The position numbers and the translations under genes were made by a program. A DNA stretch of 64,000 nt. Origin: Mobula hypostoma. Taxonomy: Eukaryota. This document shows, piece after piece, positions 60,400 through 64,000 of the stretch. The first letter of the stretch is position 1. The number at the start of each line of letters is the position of its first letter. The notes under the pieces are model-generated. The model had not been told where the DNA came from. It ran no database searches and saw only the letters and a program-made list of their open reading frames with translations. The DNA lies in contig NC_086109.1 in assembly GCF_963921235.1 (NCBI RefSeq), forward strand, positions 25,422,001 through 25,486,000. Reading direction: 5' to 3'.

Positions 60400-61455
60400 G
60401 TTCAGTGCTTATCCCACTTTTCTCTCTACACCCATGACTGAGTGACTAGACACAGCTCAAACACCATCGATAAATTCGCCAATGACACAACTACGGTTGG
60501 CAAAACTTCAGGTGGTGACGAGCAGGCACACAGGAGTGAGCTAGCTCAGCTGATTGAGTGATGTCGCAACAACAACCCTGCACTCAACGTCAGTAAGATC
60601 ATCAAATTGATAGTAAACTTCAGGAAGTTGAAGCACACACCAGACTTAATCAAGGGATCAGCAGTGGAAAGGGTGGGCAGTTTTAAGTCCCTGGGTGTTA
60701 ACATCTCTGAAGATCTATCTTGGGCTAAATATATTAATAGAATTACAAAGAAGGTACAATGGAGGCTATGTTTCATTAGGAGTTTGAGGAGATTTGGTAT
60801 GTCACCAAAGACTCCAGCAAATTTTTACACACGTACCACGTAGAACATTCTAACTGGTTGCATCACCATCTGGTATGGAGGGGTCACTGCACAGGATCGG
60901 AAAAAGGCTGCACAAATCCTTGCAAATTCAGCCAGCTCCATCATGGACACTAGCCTACCCAGCAATGAGAAAATCTTCAAAAGACGATGCCTCAAGTAAG
61001 CAGGATCCATCATTAGGAACCCCGATCACTTGAGACGTGCCCTCCTCTCAGTGCTACCATCAAGGAGGAGGTACAGGAGCCTGAAAACACAAACTCAATA
61101 CTTTAGTGAATAGCTTTTTCTGATTTCTGAAGGACAATGAACTCATGTACACTACCTCACAATTATTTTGCTCTCTTTTTGCATTACTTAATTTAATTTT
61201 ATATATCTATTTCTTATTATAATTTACGTTGTATACCGTAGCCACAAAACATGCCCCTTTCTCATTGCTGCCAGCAGGAAGGAGGTACAGGAGCCTGAAG
61301 GCACACACTCAACAATTCATGAACAGCTTCTTCCCCTCTGCCATCCAAGTTCTGAATGGACATTGAACTCATGAACACCACCTCACTACTTTTTTGCACT
61401 ACTTATTTATCTATTATGTAGTCAAATACCAATGATATTAAACCAGATTCTGATT
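60400..61455 (+). mobile_element. Rex1 fragments in the SLC6A17 intron
   Basis: DKFANDTT, LNVSK, LGVNISEDLSW and TIWYGG motifs; CAGATTCTGAT tail. Confidence 0.85.
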
Positions 61456-61660
61456 TGCACTCCCCCAACTTCCCGACCCCGTACTGATTCTCAACCATGC
61501 TTACAATTCTTGCCTAGTTGAATACCCACCCACTGCACTTACTGATCTCCAACCAGAAATTCTAGGCTTACTCTCCACCCCTACAACCGATATTCAGGAA
61601 CGGACCTTTGGCCATTCTGGTGCATGACTCTTCCATCAGACCCTCCCCGTAACTTTACAG

Positions 61661-62462
61661 TGTTACTGTGAGAATGATGTAATGGTCTTTTGGAGGTCAC
61701 CTGATGTAATTTTCCCGCCGATGTGAGGTCATGTGATGACATGTTGACCACGGGTATAAAAGGGAAGACCGCTGGTGACGCAGTTAGTTTTCCAGTTAGA
61801 GTGTCAATGAGATACTCCGCTCCGCTGCTTATTTGCATTATGACGCAGTTTTGATTTTAAACGGAGTTTTATGTTCTAATGTAAGGTACAGAAATCTGAG
61901 TTGGCAGTTTGACCAATCGCTGCCAGGTTTGTTAATGTATCTTTTCAGTAACATTGGAGAGTGAAGACGGGACCCTGAAGGAGACGTTCAACGGGTTTGG
62001 AAAGGATCGGCCATTATCGAATTTGTTCAAGAAAGTGATCTGCATGAGACAGCCTCTGCTAAAAGTGGCAGAAAGGCTGTGCAGGATCTATTCTACAGAG
62101 GAAGGTCAGTGCCTTTAAAACTGTTTTATTTCCATTGTGGTGAATTCTGTGGACAAGGCAGGATCCGACTGGGAGTGGCAGTGACGCCATGTCTTCGAGG
62201 AATTCGTTACGTCATGAAAGTCTCTCCTAATTGACTGTATAAATCTCTTCGACTTTAAAATTTGGACTTTACCATTCGAGAAACTGTGTTTGAATTTATC
62301 GCTTTAAGAACTAGTACTGAGTAGCGGTTTACTGAATGGTCGCATAGCCGTTTACTTCTGGTTAAGGTTTTCATTTTTTTTCATTGTTTATCAGGGTTTA
62401 ATAACTGTTTGTTTGTTTATAAATCCTGACTTGATATATTCATTGTTGCCGATCACGTGACA
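61661..62462 (+). mobile_element. Solo LTR (802 bp)
   Basis: TGTTAC...GTGACA termini; 4-bp TSD ACAG (61657-61660 and 62463-62466); TATAAAA at 61755. Confidence 0.8.
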
Positions 62463-63004
62463 ACAGAACCAGCCTCTTCCCATACTCACCACGTTTACTT
62501 TGAGAACTCTGCGTTTACTTGGCGGATGAAAGAAAGGCCTCACTTCAAGCAATAGCTTATGATCAGGATTGACACTGACACACTGCACAGCAGCTGTTTA
62601 TCGATCTCTCTGCAGGTATTGAGGAAAATCTAGGAGGGGCCTTAAACACAGGCCTGAAACAATGCTCTTAAAATATTGCAGTAGGACTGTTAAGCTTCTC
62701 CTCTCCAGGGCTGGCTGATGCCATGGGCTGGGAACTGCTCTTCCAGCTCTGCAGCTGACAGGTGAACTGGGCTAAACATCACCATTTCAACTCTAATGTC
62801 TCTTGCAAAATTATGGGAAAACTACACCCTGGAACTAAGGGTACAACTGACAGAATAATGCAGTATTGAGGAAGATGTACTCTGTCAGAGCTATGGTACT
62901 CAGGGTGTGCTGTGCCTTCAGAGAGGCAGCGCAGCACCGTCACGGTTCTAACTGAGAGATGCAGTGTCAGTGGGGCCAGTCCCAAGGTACAGCTCTGCTG
63001 TCAG

Positions 63005-63472
63005 AACCAGAATCAGAATCAGGTTTAATATCATTGGCATATGTTGTGGAATTTGTTGTCTTTGCAGCTGCAGCGCATTGTAATACATAATTTAAAAATT
63101 GTGAATTACAGTAAGTGTGTATATGTATTTTTTAAGTAAGTAGCGCTAAAAAAAAGTAGTGAGTTAGTGTTCGTGGGTTCAATGTTGTTTCAAAAATCTG
63201 ATGGCAGAGGGGAAGAAGCTGTTCCTGAATTGTTGAGTGTGTGCCTTCAGGCTCCCGTTCCTCCTTTCTGATGGTGGCAATGAGAAGGCGGCTTGTCTTG
63301 GGTGATGGGGGTCCTGAATGATGGAAGCCACCTTTTTGAGGCATCGCTCCTTGAAGATTCCTGGATGCTGCGGAGGCTAGTGCTCATAATAGAGCTGACT
63401 GAGTTCACAACTTTCTGTAGCTTCTTTCAATCCTGTGCAGTTGCCCCACCCTTGCACCTTGCACCACACACA

Positions 63473-63506
<34 letters not shown>

Positions 63507-63580
63507 GATGATGCAGCCAGCTAGACTGCTCCTCATGGTACATCTGTTTAAATTTGCGTGTCTTTGGTGACGTCAAACTC
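63005..63580 (-). mobile_element. Rex1 3' fragment containing (CA)n
   Basis: Reverse tail (CAGAAT)n and RNSFFPSAIR-like motif. Confidence 0.8.
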
Positions 63581-63581
63581 C

Positions 63582-63992
63582 TAAACCAGTGAGTTATTTG
63601 TTATGTCCCCCCTCTCGCTGTGAAATGGAGACATTACTTTCTCCCTTATTAGGGAGAGAGAAAGCCTGTGGTACGTCAAATACCAGGGGAACGAGTAGTC
63701 TTTGGGGTACTGGAAGTCCTTGTCTTTGCTGTTGCTTTGCTGCACGCTTGGGTGCTCTGTGGTGAGTGCCAATTCCTCTTTTTTTTTGCTTGTGGGGGGA
63801 GTGGGGATTGTTGCTTGCTGCCGCTTACAGGAGGGGAGCTGGGGGGGGGACTTTGGGGTTCTAACATTTAACTGTCATTCATTCTTTGGGGGCATTCCTC
63901 TGTTTTCGTGGATGGTTGCGAAGGAAAAGCATTTCAGGATGTATGTTGTATACACTTCTCTGACATTAAATGTACCTTTGAAACCTTTGAAG
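63582..63992 (+). mobile_element. Non-LTR 3' UTR fragment
   Basis: ATTAAA followed by a (CCTTTGAAA)n tail. Confidence 0.55.
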
Positions 63993-64000
63993 CTAATAAA

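Noticed and set aside
59984..64000. Further SLC6A17 exons
   Set aside because: No match to the expected upstream exon (QRSGNYFV...ENIAVAWIYG) was found; it is probably beyond the window.

Overview
Eukaryotic, repeat-dense vertebrate DNA. The mix of CR1, Rex1, V-SINE and Neptune-like Penelope repeats suggests a cartilaginous fish, probably a batoid (inference). The only host gene I can support is the 3' end of SLC6A17 on the minus strand: two exons at 59821-59983 and 58446-58811, with GT-AG splice sites and a protein ending ...TPESEL, followed by a probably long 3' UTR running towards ~50 kb. The rest is intergenic or intronic and built from decayed mobile elements: a Gypsy integrase plus 3' LTR, a solo LTR, many nested CR1 and Rex1 LINEs, an L1, RTE-derived SINEs, tRNA/V-SINEs, and pogo/Tc1/hAT DNA elements. 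The most notable hidden structure is a family of about 10 Penelope-like insertions, most of whose terminal repeats carry a minimal type I hammerhead ribozyme (AGTC-CTGACGA-stemII-GAAAC-GTC-GACT) or a decayed form of it. These include short non-coding copies flanked by target-site duplications (TSDs) and a ~112-bp-arm palindrome with two back-to-back hammerheads ~3.5 kb downstream of the SLC6A17 stop. The same downstream region has a cluster of miR-218 seed sites. Most listed ORFs are transposon fragments or chance ORFs, and repeat boundaries are approximate unless a TSD is given.
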